A stretch of 60,294 bases of DNA from Candidatus Kaiserbacteria bacterium (GTDB lineage Bacteria > Patescibacteriota > Minisyncoccia > Phycocordibacterales > UBA2100): assembly GCA_016217965.1 (NCBI GenBank), contig JACRFI010000002.1, forward strand, positions 1 to 60,294. The letters are read 5' to 3'. The notes under the pieces are model-generated. The model saw only the letters and a list, made by a program, of their open reading frames with translations. It was not told the origin of the DNA and did not search any database. Made by a program: the position numbers and the translations under genes. Below are positions 8,601-16,690 of this stretch, piece after piece (position 1 is the stretch's first letter; each line of letters starts with the position of its first letter).

Positions 8601-11423
8601 GCAGAAAGCCCATTGCTGTCCCAGAAGCAAAAAGATAGCCTTATTGGTACTGCTAATCGGGTAGACAGAAATAGTGAACGGATAGAAACCTTGGGTACGA
8701 ACGGAGGGTCTGTTGCCGAGATGAGAAGTCTCGCGAGTAGATCAATTGATGATTTGGGAGGGGCTCTTTCAACAGCGCAAGCTGGCTTAAAAAATGAAAA
8801 CACAACGCTCACAGTTCAGGCTGCAAGTGACGCACGGGCACTCAGTGTTGCCACAGCAGAATTTAACAATGCTGGGAAGTCACTGTGGTCCTCTGCAATC
8901 TCTGCAGATAGAGCATGGAGTTCCTACTATGAAGCGGACGAGGCATCATTGAATGCATACATAGAGTCGTGGAAAGTCTCGGGTGAGGGCTGGGATCTTG
9001 GTGACATACAAACCTATACTCCTGGACTTCCTGGATCGGGAGATATAGTGCCAGGATTTGTCGCTCCGCCTACCGACCAAGGGGATCTTCTTAGTATGGA
9101 TTCTTCTGCATGGAATTACGACGCTGAAGGTTGGGTCAAGACCGATTGGGATAGCGAGTCCGTGTTGAAGGTGACGGAAGATAAAGTATTCGAGTCCATA
9201 CTTGGAGAAGATACGCGAGCTTGGCAGCAGGTCGAACAAATGCTTGCTGATGAGCAAGAACAAGCCATACAGAGATTTCTTAAGCGATGGGAAAATGAAC
9301 CAGAAAACTGGGAAACAGCGGTAGATCCTTGGCGCCCGCTTTCCGCTGCAGCTCAGGAGAAAGCTGATGAATTGCAAAAAAAGATTGCTGCGGAGCATGA
9401 AAAGATACGAGCCGCTAAGGCGCGGCTTGAAGCGGGATATGGAACTGATTTTGAAAAAATCCCGACTCGAAAATTATTTGGGGAGTCAGAAGCGAACAAA
9501 TGGCGAGACGATCTCTGGACTGCACAAAAAGACTTGGCGCAATACGAAGCCGATCTAGCAAAGGTTAAGAGAGACGATATTGATGCCGGATACATTGACA
9601 CGGCAGGTGAAATGAACAAGGCGGATCTGGCTGCGCGAGATGCTCTCTCGGGGCAATTACGAGAGCACGAGGAAAAACTGGAATCGGTTATTGCAGCGGA
9701 GAGGCAAGAACGCAACAACGTAGTCCAGCAATATATAGATGACAAGCGTATGACGAGAGATATGTTAGAGGCTGTGACAAAGGAAAGCCGAGGAATAACT
9801 GAGGGAGCGTTAGGAAAGGATTGGGAGAAAGGGAAGTTTTTCGGATTTGCACGTGACCTGCAATATTTGCAATTAGCTCGGGAGGATGCGCTGATACGGT
9901 CCGACGGGTGTGGCGAAAATTGTGCGATAAAACTATATCCGGAAGGATCGCAGCCACCAACGCAGTGGGATAGGGCTGTTGCCGCAGTTAAGGCATGTTT
10001 TGGTTTCTGCGGTGATGCGACTCCAACTCAAATTCCGACCGAAGTTCCCACAACAGATTGGTCAGCGTATAAGGATTCAGATGTTCTATCGTACAGACCT
10101 GAATCACCGCTCGACCATGATATCCCTGGAGATGATGTTGCGGAGCAGCCAGGAAGAATTTTCGACGATGGACAGCTGGATCAACCGCATGATTATGATG
10201 GCGACGAAGAATATGCAAAGTTAAACAATGAGCAGAAAGAGAACGCGATACGTGCATTGCAAGATCAATATAAGGAAGCCTATGCCGAATTCAAAAATGC
10301 TGATCGTAACGATACGCAGAAATTGTTTAGCGCACTAAGAGCGCAAAATGATCGAAATGAGTTTTTTGCGAGGCTTCAGGAAGATCAAAGCTATCAAGAA
10401 TACATGAAGAATAGACCGATAACGGTGTCAGATTTGCCCGATGGTGATGACCTCGAGGACAATGAAATTTTCGGGGTTTCGTATAACAAAGAGAGTGCAA
10501 AATTAATGGAGGAATTAGAGACGTGGATCAAGGACGACTGGGATAAACATTACAAGGACGTACCGCCTGAACCTCCAACGAGATCTGTTGCTCCGTCTGC
10601 GACGAAAGTAGAGCCACCAGATCCGTTTCCCGCTGATGCGACCGATGTGCCGGAAAATGTAAAGAGGCCGCCGAAAGACGAGCCGGATTTTCCTGCGGAT
10701 GCGACTGATGTGCCGGAGAGCGTGAAGCGACCTCCGAAAGCCGAGACTCCTCCTCCTGCTGCCGCTAAAACGCCACCGACGCCAGGCCCTACAGCTTCGG
10801 GGCCCGGTCCAGGCCCTTCGGGAGGCAATGCAGACGCGAGTGGCTCTGGCTCTGGTTCTGGGGGAGGTCTTGGCGGAATCTTTGAAAAGCTGATGAATGC
10901 GCTCAAAGATTTCTTTAAACCAAAAGAGCAAAAGCAGAACCAGCAACAACAGCAAGCGCAGCAAGGGCAGCAGACGCCACCAGCGATAGCCTCTATCTTT
11001 GCGCGCCCACCGACGGTCAAGAAAGGTGAGAAGACACGTTTGATATGGGGAAGTGTGAACACAACGAGTTGCATCGTATTTGATGAACTTAGCAATGAGG
11101 TTGCGAGAGGCACTTCTGACGGAGCTGCGACAACGACCGCACTTTTTGCGACGACAAAATTCAAAGTTACTTGCCAGGGGAAAAATGGCTCCCAAGCCTC
11201 AGCAAGCACACAGGTAACTGTCACGGCAGCAACTCCTACGTTAAATAAAACAAAAACGAATACTACAACCACAAAAACCAACACAAACACGCAAACGAAA
11301 ACGCAAACTAATACGAACACAAACACAGAGACTCAAACAAATACCGGGGCCAAGAATAGTACTGACGAGATATGCCACCCATCACTGCCGTACGATGAAT
11401 TTGTCGCGTGCGTGCTTCGTTGA
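5667..11423 (+). CDS. giant (1918 aa) modular surface/secreted protein with an RlpA-like DPBB module
   Basis: Single uninterrupted ORF with these parts:
- signal anchor, aa 11-33
- 8-Cys head, aa 48-113
- P/S/G-rich linker
- aa ~385-456 EGTAYGG..TASKEF..VSVNDTGPFVAGRYLDTTPAGLNAAKLG, resembling the RlpA/DPBB signature
- 8x DPDPGFEN, aa 571-672
- long E/K/A-rich coiled-coil-like region
- several internal duplications
- beta-rich Ig-like ~75 aa followed by a T/N/Q low-complexity tail. Confidence 0.8.
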   Translation: MFVKSHREGHFFGLLLMLLSISLLLALIVEIPTSRAANAPMGDPSPQCMGDYCTFKPFKGSPYLTGSCAEPKQGEKPTKDGLIGKPCQVTKNVTTCTGKCLGEQPLCGNATSCNGEKTKDAKETEKKAIEDYEDNQQKASEKPKQAPESPNDSGGDAPKEDSQQPGNKGPQTGMEPDFSKYGEWSQPPQQSPPSNSPPSSSPDFKFSDFGERGSIQPSQTDERFSDFGEGGNPPQSGKTGPQPSTFGNPPPQGSGGDDSQGDGIGDKLGEIASKAKDALKDSATDFGELLDDLKKWLEDLREQLKGEVEKPSPTPSIGDEIAKGETKPELDPSGAKRERLDKGTINSGKGANVCALGVCGKQFTRDQLNNLKGKIIPGVRTSKFNEVEGTAYGGKNNPNAFTTASKEFPAGARILEYNLKTGDTVAVSVNDTGPFVAGRYLDTTPAGLNAAKLGDLSNPDVAYMGQTGPTGYMGKYSSFDDAIAAYEARQGVGSGPYSSPVASTLPPFSPPPVNYPGPSFTNETAPDSWYDNSGWDYSGFENVTDWNDLSSTYVQEEGLYSGQQGGQELGSDPDPGFENETGGNDPDPGFENEVDGNDPDPGFENDLPPTVPGARQLGDELPVEGFRPDPGFENYLGNDPDPGFENEQVGNDPDPGFENEIDGNDPDPGFENDADFDSEQERLSELERAGKELQRQEDETFASTMARNLQDWTEQAFASDMARNIQEWTETRLAEIQQAAIDRLSGDTWEKYLDWDYGEPTPEGDDVAEQPGDQFKQKDTFDPEEERLAEQKSLGDELQRQAEEKAAEKEKRAEEIAKNLDNEDVERGKEMSQPEDEVAKQARQEQQKKEEEEKRAAKQKEVDEAMKKSAEADKVKEEAQKRAEAADKRIEERSKALSDATEKKKKAEEAAKKSGGALKQAKDNLNENVNGIKNLKGAAERGLRTAEEVGKQTGDEDQVRSKARAAIGRIDTDPLRDAAESPLLSQKQKDSLIGTANRVDRNSERIETLGTNGGSVAEMRSLASRSIDDLGGALSTAQAGLKNENTTLTVQAASDARALSVATAEFNNAGKSLWSSAISADRAWSSYYEADEASLNAYIESWKVSGEGWDLGDIQTYTPGLPGSGDIVPGFVAPPTDQGDLLSMDSSAWNYDAEGWVKTDWDSESVLKVTEDKVFESILGEDTRAWQQVEQMLADEQEQAIQRFLKRWENEPENWETAVDPWRPLSAAAQEKADELQKKIAAEHEKIRAAKARLEAGYGTDFEKIPTRKLFGESEANKWRDDLWTAQKDLAQYEADLAKVKRDDIDAGYIDTAGEMNKADLAARDALSGQLREHEEKLESVIAAERQERNNVVQQYIDDKRMTRDMLEAVTKESRGITEGALGKDWEKGKFFGFARDLQYLQLAREDALIRSDGCGENCAIKLYPEGSQPPTQWDRAVAAVKACFGFCGDATPTQIPTEVPTTDWSAYKDSDVLSYRPESPLDHDIPGDDVAEQPGRIFDDGQLDQPHDYDGDEEYAKLNNEQKENAIRALQDQYKEAYAEFKNADRNDTQKLFSALRAQNDRNEFFARLQEDQSYQEYMKNRPITVSDLPDGDDLEDNEIFGVSYNKESAKLMEELETWIKDDWDKHYKDVPPEPPTRSVAPSATKVEPPDPFPADATDVPENVKRPPKDEPDFPADATDVPESVKRPPKAETPPPAAAKTPPTPGPTASGPGPGPSGGNADASGSGSGSGGGLGGIFEKLMNALKDFFKPKEQKQNQQQQQAQQGQQTPPAIASIFARPPTVKKGEKTRLIWGSVNTTSCIVFDELSNEVARGTSDGAATTTALFATTKFKVTCQGKNGSQASASTQVTVTAATPTLNKTKTNTTTTKTNTNTQTKTQTNTNTNTETQTNTGAKNSTDEICHPSLPYDEFVACVLR

Positions 11424-11459
11424 TGCGTGGAGACGGGGCTATGATATAGTGCCCACTGT

Positions 11460-11708
11460 ATGTTAACGAGTAAGGATATAGATAAGATCATCGCAGTTGT
11501 CGCCACAAAGGAAGATGTTCGTCAACTTAACGAGCGAGTCGATAAACTCGAGCGAACACAGCAACAAATCCTGTCGGCAATCGACCGACTTGCCACCGCG
11601 ATAGAAAAACAAAATCTTCAAGTCGCAGCAATGGCAATGCAATTAGATCGCCATGAAAAGTGGATACGCCAGATAGCGAAACAGGCGGGAGTCAAATTAT
11701 CAGACTAG
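11460..11708 (+). CDS. small coiled-coil protein, hypothetical
   Basis: 82 aa ORF with a heptad-like sequence (VRQLNERVDKLERTQQQILSAIDRLATAIEKQ). No family recognised. Confidence 0.45.
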   Translation: MLTSKDIDKIIAVVATKEDVRQLNERVDKLERTQQQILSAIDRLATAIEKQNLQVAAMAMQLDRHEKWIRQIAKQAGVKLSD

Positions 11709-11719
11709 CAATATCAATT

Positions 11720-12277
11720 ATGGCACTCATCATCGTCTTAGGAGCAGCGGCCCTTCTTATCATCTGGGTTATTTTTGCCTACAACAGGCTGGTGAGCCTC
11801 ACGAATCGTTCAGAAGAAGCTTGGTCGGATATTGATGTGCAATTGAAGCGCCGATACGACCTCATCCCGAATCTTGTTGAGATGGTAAAAGGATATGCTT
11901 CGCACGAAGCGGGTACTTTGCAGAAGGTGACCGAGGCGCGCACGAAAGCAATGGGTGCGCAGACGGTAGGAGAGCATGCGGCGGCGGAAAATATGCTGAC
12001 CGGTGCGCTAAAATCTTTGTTTGCGGTTTCGGAGAGCTATCCAGACCTTAAAGCGAACACTAATTTCGTAGAACTCCAGCGCGAACTATCCGATACGGAA
12101 AATAAGATACAGGCAGCGCGGCGCTTCTATAACACTGTCGTGCAAGATCTTCAGAACGCGCTTGAGCAATTCCCGTCAAATATCATCGGAAACATCTTTG
12201 GCTTTAAGACGAGAGAATTCTTCGCGCTCGGAGAAAACGAACAGGCGGCAAAGGATCCCGTTAAGGTTCAATTTTAG
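11720..12277 (+). CDS. lemA: LemA family protein
   Basis: The start was moved to MALIIVLGAAALLIIWVIFAYNRLV (TM helix plus YNRL). WSDIDVQLKRRYDLIPNLV and ARRFYN are typical LemA motifs. Confidence 0.88.
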   Translation: MALIIVLGAAALLIIWVIFAYNRLVSLTNRSEEAWSDIDVQLKRRYDLIPNLVEMVKGYASHEAGTLQKVTEARTKAMGAQTVGEHAAAENMLTGALKSLFAVSESYPDLKANTNFVELQRELSDTENKIQAARRFYNTVVQDLQNALEQFPSNIIGNIFGFKTREFFALGENEQAAKDPVKVQF

Positions 12278-12307
12278 GGTATAGCCACTAGGGTTTAGGG
12301 TATAGGG
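12275..12307. repeat. period-7 TAG array (TAGGGTA-like x5), left inverted repeat of the four-helix-bundle cassette
   Basis: tagggta tagccac tagggtt tagggta taggg has TAG every 7 nt. The first TAG is the lemA stop codon. It matches 27 of 33 positions of the reverse complement of 12680-12712. Confidence 0.8.
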
Positions 12308-12308
12308 C

Positions 12309-12668
12309 ATGCAATCCTATCGAGAACTCATCGTTTGGCAGAAAAGTAGAAAGTTTGTAACTGAAGTTTATCGTCTTACCGAGAACTTCCCGAAGTCGGA
12401 AATGTTTGGCCTTACAAGCCAAATGCGACGCGCGGTTGTTTCAATACCTGCGAACATTGCGGAAGGATATGCGCGTAAGCACAGAGCAGAATATATTCAA
12501 TTTTTGAGGATAAGTTATGGATCGGGAGCCGAACTTGAGACATTTTTGCTGCTTATTGAGGATTTGAAATATGTTACGGCAGAAGATTTGCGGTCTATCA
12601 GCGAAAAGTTGCAAGAAATTATGAGGATGCTAAATAAATTGATTGATTCTCTGAAGCCAAAGTCTTAA
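12309..12668 (+). CDS. four-helix-bundle protein (23S rRNA intervening-sequence protein family)
   Basis: 119 aa. YRELIVWQKS..., SQMRRAVVSIPANIAEGY and GSGAELETFL are hallmark motifs of this family. Confidence 0.85.
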   Translation: MQSYRELIVWQKSRKFVTEVYRLTENFPKSEMFGLTSQMRRAVVSIPANIAEGYARKHRAEYIQFLRISYGSGAELETFLLLIEDLKYVTAEDLRSISEKLQEIMRMLNKLIDSLKPKS

Positions 12669-12679
12669 TTTGCATTTAA

Positions 12680-12712
12680 CCCTATTGGCTATACGCTAGT
12701 GGCTAAACCCTA
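12680..12712. repeat. period-7 CTA array, right inverted repeat of the four-helix-bundle cassette
   Basis: CTA occurs at 12682, 12689, 12696, 12703 and 12710. The array is the reverse complement of the left array. Confidence 0.8.
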
Positions 12713-12717
12713 TCTCT

Positions 12718-13623
12718 ATGGCATCTTTGTATACTCAGCAAGGTAAGAATATCCGAAAGACGTGGCTTCTCATGACCGCGTTCTTCCTGATGGTCATCGC
12801 GATCGGATATTTCATTGCGTGGTATCTCCAGGAGCCGGGGCTTTTGTATGTTGCGGTTGCGTTCTCCGTCATGATGAATATCACTGCGTATTGGTTTTCT
12901 GACAAGATTGCGCTTGCCGCGACGGGGGCGAAAGAGGCCGACCCGAATGAGTTTCGCGAGCTGCACCGAATTGTTGAGAATCTCGCGATAACCGCCGGGC
13001 TTCCGAAGCCGCGTGTGTACGTTATTAACGACCCGGCGCCAAATGCGTTTGCTGCCGGAAGAAATCCGGAGCACGCCGTTGTCAGCGTCACCACAGGCCT
13101 CTTATCGATCTTAGATAGAAGTGAGCTAGAGGGCGTGATAGCACACGAGCTCTCGCACATTGGGAACCGAGACATCCTCGTCATGACAGTAGCGGTCGTT
13201 CTCGCGGGCTTTATTTCTGTGATAGCAGACCTATTCCTCCGCATGACATTCTGGGGCGGTGGGCGAGACAGAGACAACAAGGGGAATGCGCTTATTATGA
13301 TTCTTGGGCTTGTCGGCGTTATTCTCGCACCTATCGCGGCGCAGCTCATCCAACTCGCAATTTCGCGGAAACGCGAATTTTTGGCGGACGCTTCCGGGGC
13401 TTTGCTTACGAGGTATCCAGATGCACTTGCATCGGCGCTCCAGAAAATTTCCTCATACGACGCGCCGATGCAGCGGGCAAGCCACGCGACAGCGCATCTG
13501 TTCATTTCGAATCCGTTCGGTGCAGGTGCACAAGGTGGAAAATTCATCGCAAAGCTTTTCTCCACACATCCGCCAGTTGGGGAACGTGTTACGGCTCTCA
13601 TGGGGATGCGCGGCAAGGTGTAA
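12718..13623 (+). CDS. htpX: M48-family zinc protease HtpX
   Basis: 301 aa. HELSHIGNRD (HExxH), four TM segments and the STHPPVGERV tail. Confidence 0.9.
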   Translation: MASLYTQQGKNIRKTWLLMTAFFLMVIAIGYFIAWYLQEPGLLYVAVAFSVMMNITAYWFSDKIALAATGAKEADPNEFRELHRIVENLAITAGLPKPRVYVINDPAPNAFAAGRNPEHAVVSVTTGLLSILDRSELEGVIAHELSHIGNRDILVMTVAVVLAGFISVIADLFLRMTFWGGGRDRDNKGNALIMILGLVGVILAPIAAQLIQLAISRKREFLADASGALLTRYPDALASALQKISSYDAPMQRASHATAHLFISNPFGAGAQGGKFIAKLFSTHPPVGERVTALMGMRGKV

Positions 13624-13629
13624 ACGCCT

Positions 13630-14169
13630 ATGAAAATCTCTCGCGGGAGATTCGTTCGCACGGATATCTGGCGGGAAGGAGAGTATCTCGATCTCTGGAG
13701 CGTGCCGCATTTCTTGTCGGGGATAATGACGGCGCTCGGTCTGTATCTATTGAATTTTCGCGGCATTTCCGCATTCGTAATCGCGTTCCTCATCTTTGTC
13801 GTGTATGAGATGTTCGAGGTAATCGCGAAGATAGAGGAAACGCGGATGAACCGAGCTCTGGATGTGGTGGTAGGGATGGTGAGTTTTGCACCGGCATTTT
13901 TTCTTTCTGCGGGATTTTCACAGACACAACTGTGGTTTACATTTTCTGCGGTCACTATCTTGGACGGAACCTTGAGCTATTTTGGTTGGCTTGCATCCAA
14001 GAAGGCATCGGTCTTGGAAGAGAATGTGCGGCGCGAGTTTGAATTGGAGCGCGCAAAAATGAAGGAACGCCGTGATCGTTTCCGCGAAAGGTTCCGCTTG
14101 CAGAAATCTCGCATGAGAAAACGGTGGTACGAGAGGAAGAGAAAAGATGCGACGTTCTCTCCGAAATGA
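13630..14169 (+). CDS. hypothetical membrane protein with a basic C-terminal tail
   Basis: 179 aa. About 4 hydrophobic helices followed by an R/K/E-rich tail (ERAKMKERRDRFRERFRLQKSRMRKRWYERKRK). Confidence 0.5.
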   Translation: MKISRGRFVRTDIWREGEYLDLWSVPHFLSGIMTALGLYLLNFRGISAFVIAFLIFVVYEMFEVIAKIEETRMNRALDVVVGMVSFAPAFFLSAGFSQTQLWFTFSAVTILDGTLSYFGWLASKKASVLEENVRREFELERAKMKERRDRFRERFRLQKSRMRKRWYERKRKDATFSPK

Positions 14170-14208
14170 TATAACTCTCTCGTCTTTGTTCTTTTTTGTT
14201 GATACTGC

Positions 14209-14295
14209 GGAGAGGTGGCTGAGTGGTCGAAAGCACACGTTTGGAGTACGTGCATCCGGGAAACTGGATCGAGGGTTCGAATCCCTCCCTCTCCG
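14209..14295 (+). tRNA. tRNA-Ser (GGA)
   Basis: Acceptor GGAGAGG/CCTCTCC, anticodon stem CACGT/ACGTG with loop TTGGAGT, long variable arm, T-arm GAGGG-TTCGAAT-CCCTC. No encoded CCA. Confidence 0.9.
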
Positions 14296-14331
14296 CAGTG
14301 TTTGCAATGGATTTCGAGCTATAATTCTCGG

Positions 14332-15159
14332 ATGGCATTCAAATATTTTTCACATAACGGCGAGTTGAAGCCCGCTTCTGAGGCGGTCATACCGCTTTCC
14401 AACATCGAGTATTCGTACGGATTCGGCGTCTACGAGACCATCCGAGTTGCGGACAAGATACCGTATTTCCTCCTCGACCATATCGAGCGTCTTGGAGAAT
14501 CGGCGCGCATCATTGGACTTGAGCATGGCTTTTCCGGCGAGCAGTTGGAAACGCATATCTTGGAGCTTATCAAAAAGAACGACGTCGAGACCGCGAATCT
14601 AAAGATACTTCTCATCGGGGCGAAGGAAAAAGAAAATGCCCAACTTTTTATACTGTGCTTGAATCCGCTCTTTCCGGATAAAAAACTCTACCGAGAGGGC
14701 GCAACGTTCGTCACGTACGAATACGAACGAGCTTTTCCGCATGCAAAAACATTGAACATGCTCCAGAGCTATCTGGCGTATCGGAAGGCCAAAGAGGCCG
14801 ATTGCTACGACGCACTTCTCATAAATCGGGAAGGCTGCATCACCGAAGGAACGCGCACGAACTTTTTCTGTATAAAAGGAAAGACGCTCATTACGCCGCC
14901 GGAGAGCGAGATACTCCTTGGGGTCACGCGAAAGGCAGTTCTCAAAGCCGCCACTCAGAATGGTTATGAGCTGGAGGAGAAGGTTGTCACGTGGGGCGAC
15001 TTGAGGAATGCAGACGGAGCGTTCGTCACGAGCACGTCGTCAAAAATAATCCCAGTTCGCCGCATAGACGACCAGGAATTTCACGGACCCGAAGCGCTGA
15101 AAGAATTGATGCGACTGTACGATGCATTTCTTGATACCTGTAATGGGAAGATGGAATAG
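14332..15159 (+). CDS. class IV (branched-chain/D-amino-acid) aminotransferase
   Basis: The track ORF begins inside the tRNA, so the start was moved to MAFKYFSHNGEL. YGFGVYETIR, EGTRTNFF and LLGVTRK fit fold-type IV PLP enzymes. Confidence 0.75.
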   Translation: MAFKYFSHNGELKPASEAVIPLSNIEYSYGFGVYETIRVADKIPYFLLDHIERLGESARIIGLEHGFSGEQLETHILELIKKNDVETANLKILLIGAKEKENAQLFILCLNPLFPDKKLYREGATFVTYEYERAFPHAKTLNMLQSYLAYRKAKEADCYDALLINREGCITEGTRTNFFCIKGKTLITPPESEILLGVTRKAVLKAATQNGYELEEKVVTWGDLRNADGAFVTSTSSKIIPVRRIDDQEFHGPEALKELMRLYDAFLDTCNGKME

Positions 15160-15201
15160 TGGCTATGGTATACTAGCTTTCTTAAAATCGAATTCGCTCA
15201 C

Positions 15202-15702
15202 ATGAAATACTTGCTTGCCGTCGTAATTATTCTTGCCGCGGGAGGCGTCTTTTTCTGGCAATACCAAAAAGCCGACGTGCCTCTCCAGGAATCGAATCAG
15301 CAACAAAATGCTGCCGGGAACCCATTTGGCGACGGCGCTCGAACTGTGGGGAACTTGGATGACGATGAGAATGAAACCGAAGATGAGGACGAAGACGGGA
15401 TGACCGGTACAAATGCGGGCGGAGGGACAGGAAGTACGGGAGGCGGGGGCACACCAGGTGCGATAGTGACAAGAGCAACTCTCAGCACACACAACAAAGT
15501 TGCAGACTGCTGGATCGCGTACAAGGGAGTCGTCTATGACATCACGAACTGGTTGCCGCGTCACCCTGGTTCCGCCGGTGCCATTGCGCCGTATTGCGGC
15601 AAAGCAGAGGAATTTTCGGCTGCATTTAATAAGCAGCACGGAACTAGCAAGGAAACCAGATTGAAACAAGAGGGGACTGTAGAAGGAACGCTTTCGAACT
15701 GA
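15202..15702 (+). CDS. membrane-anchored cytochrome b5-like heme-binding domain protein
   Basis: N-terminal TM helix, acidic/Gly-rich linker, then LSTHNKVADCWIAYKGVVYDITNWLPRHPG (cyt-b5 pattern). Confidence 0.7.
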   Translation: MKYLLAVVIILAAGGVFFWQYQKADVPLQESNQQQNAAGNPFGDGARTVGNLDDDENETEDEDEDGMTGTNAGGGTGSTGGGGTPGAIVTRATLSTHNKVADCWIAYKGVVYDITNWLPRHPGSAGAIAPYCGKAEEFSAAFNKQHGTSKETRLKQEGTVEGTLSN

Positions 15703-15706
15703 CATG

Positions 15707-15839
15707 CCCGGTAGTAGAATTTCGGCTTGTCTCATCTGAACAGATCAACGACAGTCAACTATGAATCAAAAGTGCAACATAGCGTGTTCTTACGACAGCG
15801 ACATTGCGCTGCGCGCCAGCCGAAATTTCACTAACCGGG
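15707..15839. repeat. TIR-bounded intergenic element, copy E2
   Basis: Termini cccggtagtagaatttcggc ... gccgaaatttcactaaccggg. The right terminus ends 2 nt before the ATG at 15841. Confidence 0.65.
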
Positions 15840-15840
15840 T

Positions 15841-16209
15841 ATGAGACCTTCTCCGCAATGGGGGCTACTTGTCGTGCGTGTGGGACTCGCAGGAGTGCTT
15901 TTGTGGTTCGGTGCGCAGCAGCTTCTCCATGCAGCCGATTGGGTGGGGTACGTGCCCGCGTATGCGACATCACTCTCTGGTCTTTCTGCGGTGACAATAG
16001 TGCTTGCGAATGGCAGTGCGGAAATAGCATTCGGGCTCCTGCTTCTTTTGGGGCTTTTTACGCGGATATCTGCGCTCATCATGGGTGTGCACTTGGCTCT
16101 CATCGCACTTTCGCTCGGGCTGAACCAGATAGGTGTGCGTGATTGGGGGCTAGCGGCTGCATTATTTGGTCTTGCGATCGCGGGGCCGGGGATGTGGAGC
16201 CTCGATTAG
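15841..16209 (+). CDS. DoxX-family membrane protein
   Basis: 122 aa, 4 TM. LVVRVGLAGVLLWFGAQQL and GLFTRISALIM are DoxX-like. Confidence 0.65.
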   Translation: MRPSPQWGLLVVRVGLAGVLLWFGAQQLLHAADWVGYVPAYATSLSGLSAVTIVLANGSAEIAFGLLLLLGLFTRISALIMGVHLALIALSLGLNQIGVRDWGLAAALFGLAIAGPGMWSLD

Positions 16210-16282
16210 TTACGCACACCAGATCCTGGCACTTCCAAGGGGAGCCAGATATGATTTCGGTATAGCGGGGTAATTTTTTTAT

Positions 16283-16690
16283 ATGTTTGAAATTAATTTG
16301 TGGGCGATACTTGGCGCGGCGGTAGCAAACGTGGTTCTCGGCATGGTCTGGTACCACCCAAAAGTGTTCGGCTCGATGTGGATGCGCCTCGCAAATGTCT
16401 CTCCGGAAACATCGGCCAGGGTGAATAAGCAGATGCCGATACGAGTTTTCTTTGGCTTTCTCTCGAGCTTGATCATTGCGTACGTTCTTGCGAACCTTGG
16501 CATAATCCTAGGAATATTCGATGTTATCGGCGCAATTTTGGACCTCGCGTTTTCCGCGTGGATAGGATTCGTTGCGCCAGTCCTTCTTGGTGCCGTGTTG
16601 TGGGAAGGGAAAAGTTTGAAGTTGTACGCGATAAATGCTGGGTACTGGCTCGTTAGCCTAATTGTGATGTCGGTCGTACTTTTGTTGTAA
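16283..16690 (+). CDS. DUF1761-family membrane protein
   Basis: 135 aa. The N-terminus AILGAAVANVVLGMVWYHPKVFGSMWM is typical of DUF1761. Confidence 0.6.
   Translation: MFEINLWAILGAAVANVVLGMVWYHPKVFGSMWMRLANVSPETSARVNKQMPIRVFFGFLSSLIIAYVLANLGIILGIFDVIGAILDLAFSAWIGFVAPVLLGAVLWEGKSLKLYAINAGYWLVSLIVMSVVLLL

Noticed and set aside
12735-13955. 406-aa ORF on the minus strand
   Set aside because: It is antisense to htpX (clear HExxH protease) and the next membrane gene. Its composition is S/A/R/P-rich low complexity with no recognisable motif, so it is a shadow ORF.
14215-14331. Upstream 39 codons of the aminotransferase ORF
   Set aside because: They overlap tRNA-Ser(GGA) on the same strand. The homologous protein sequence begins at the internal Met (14332).
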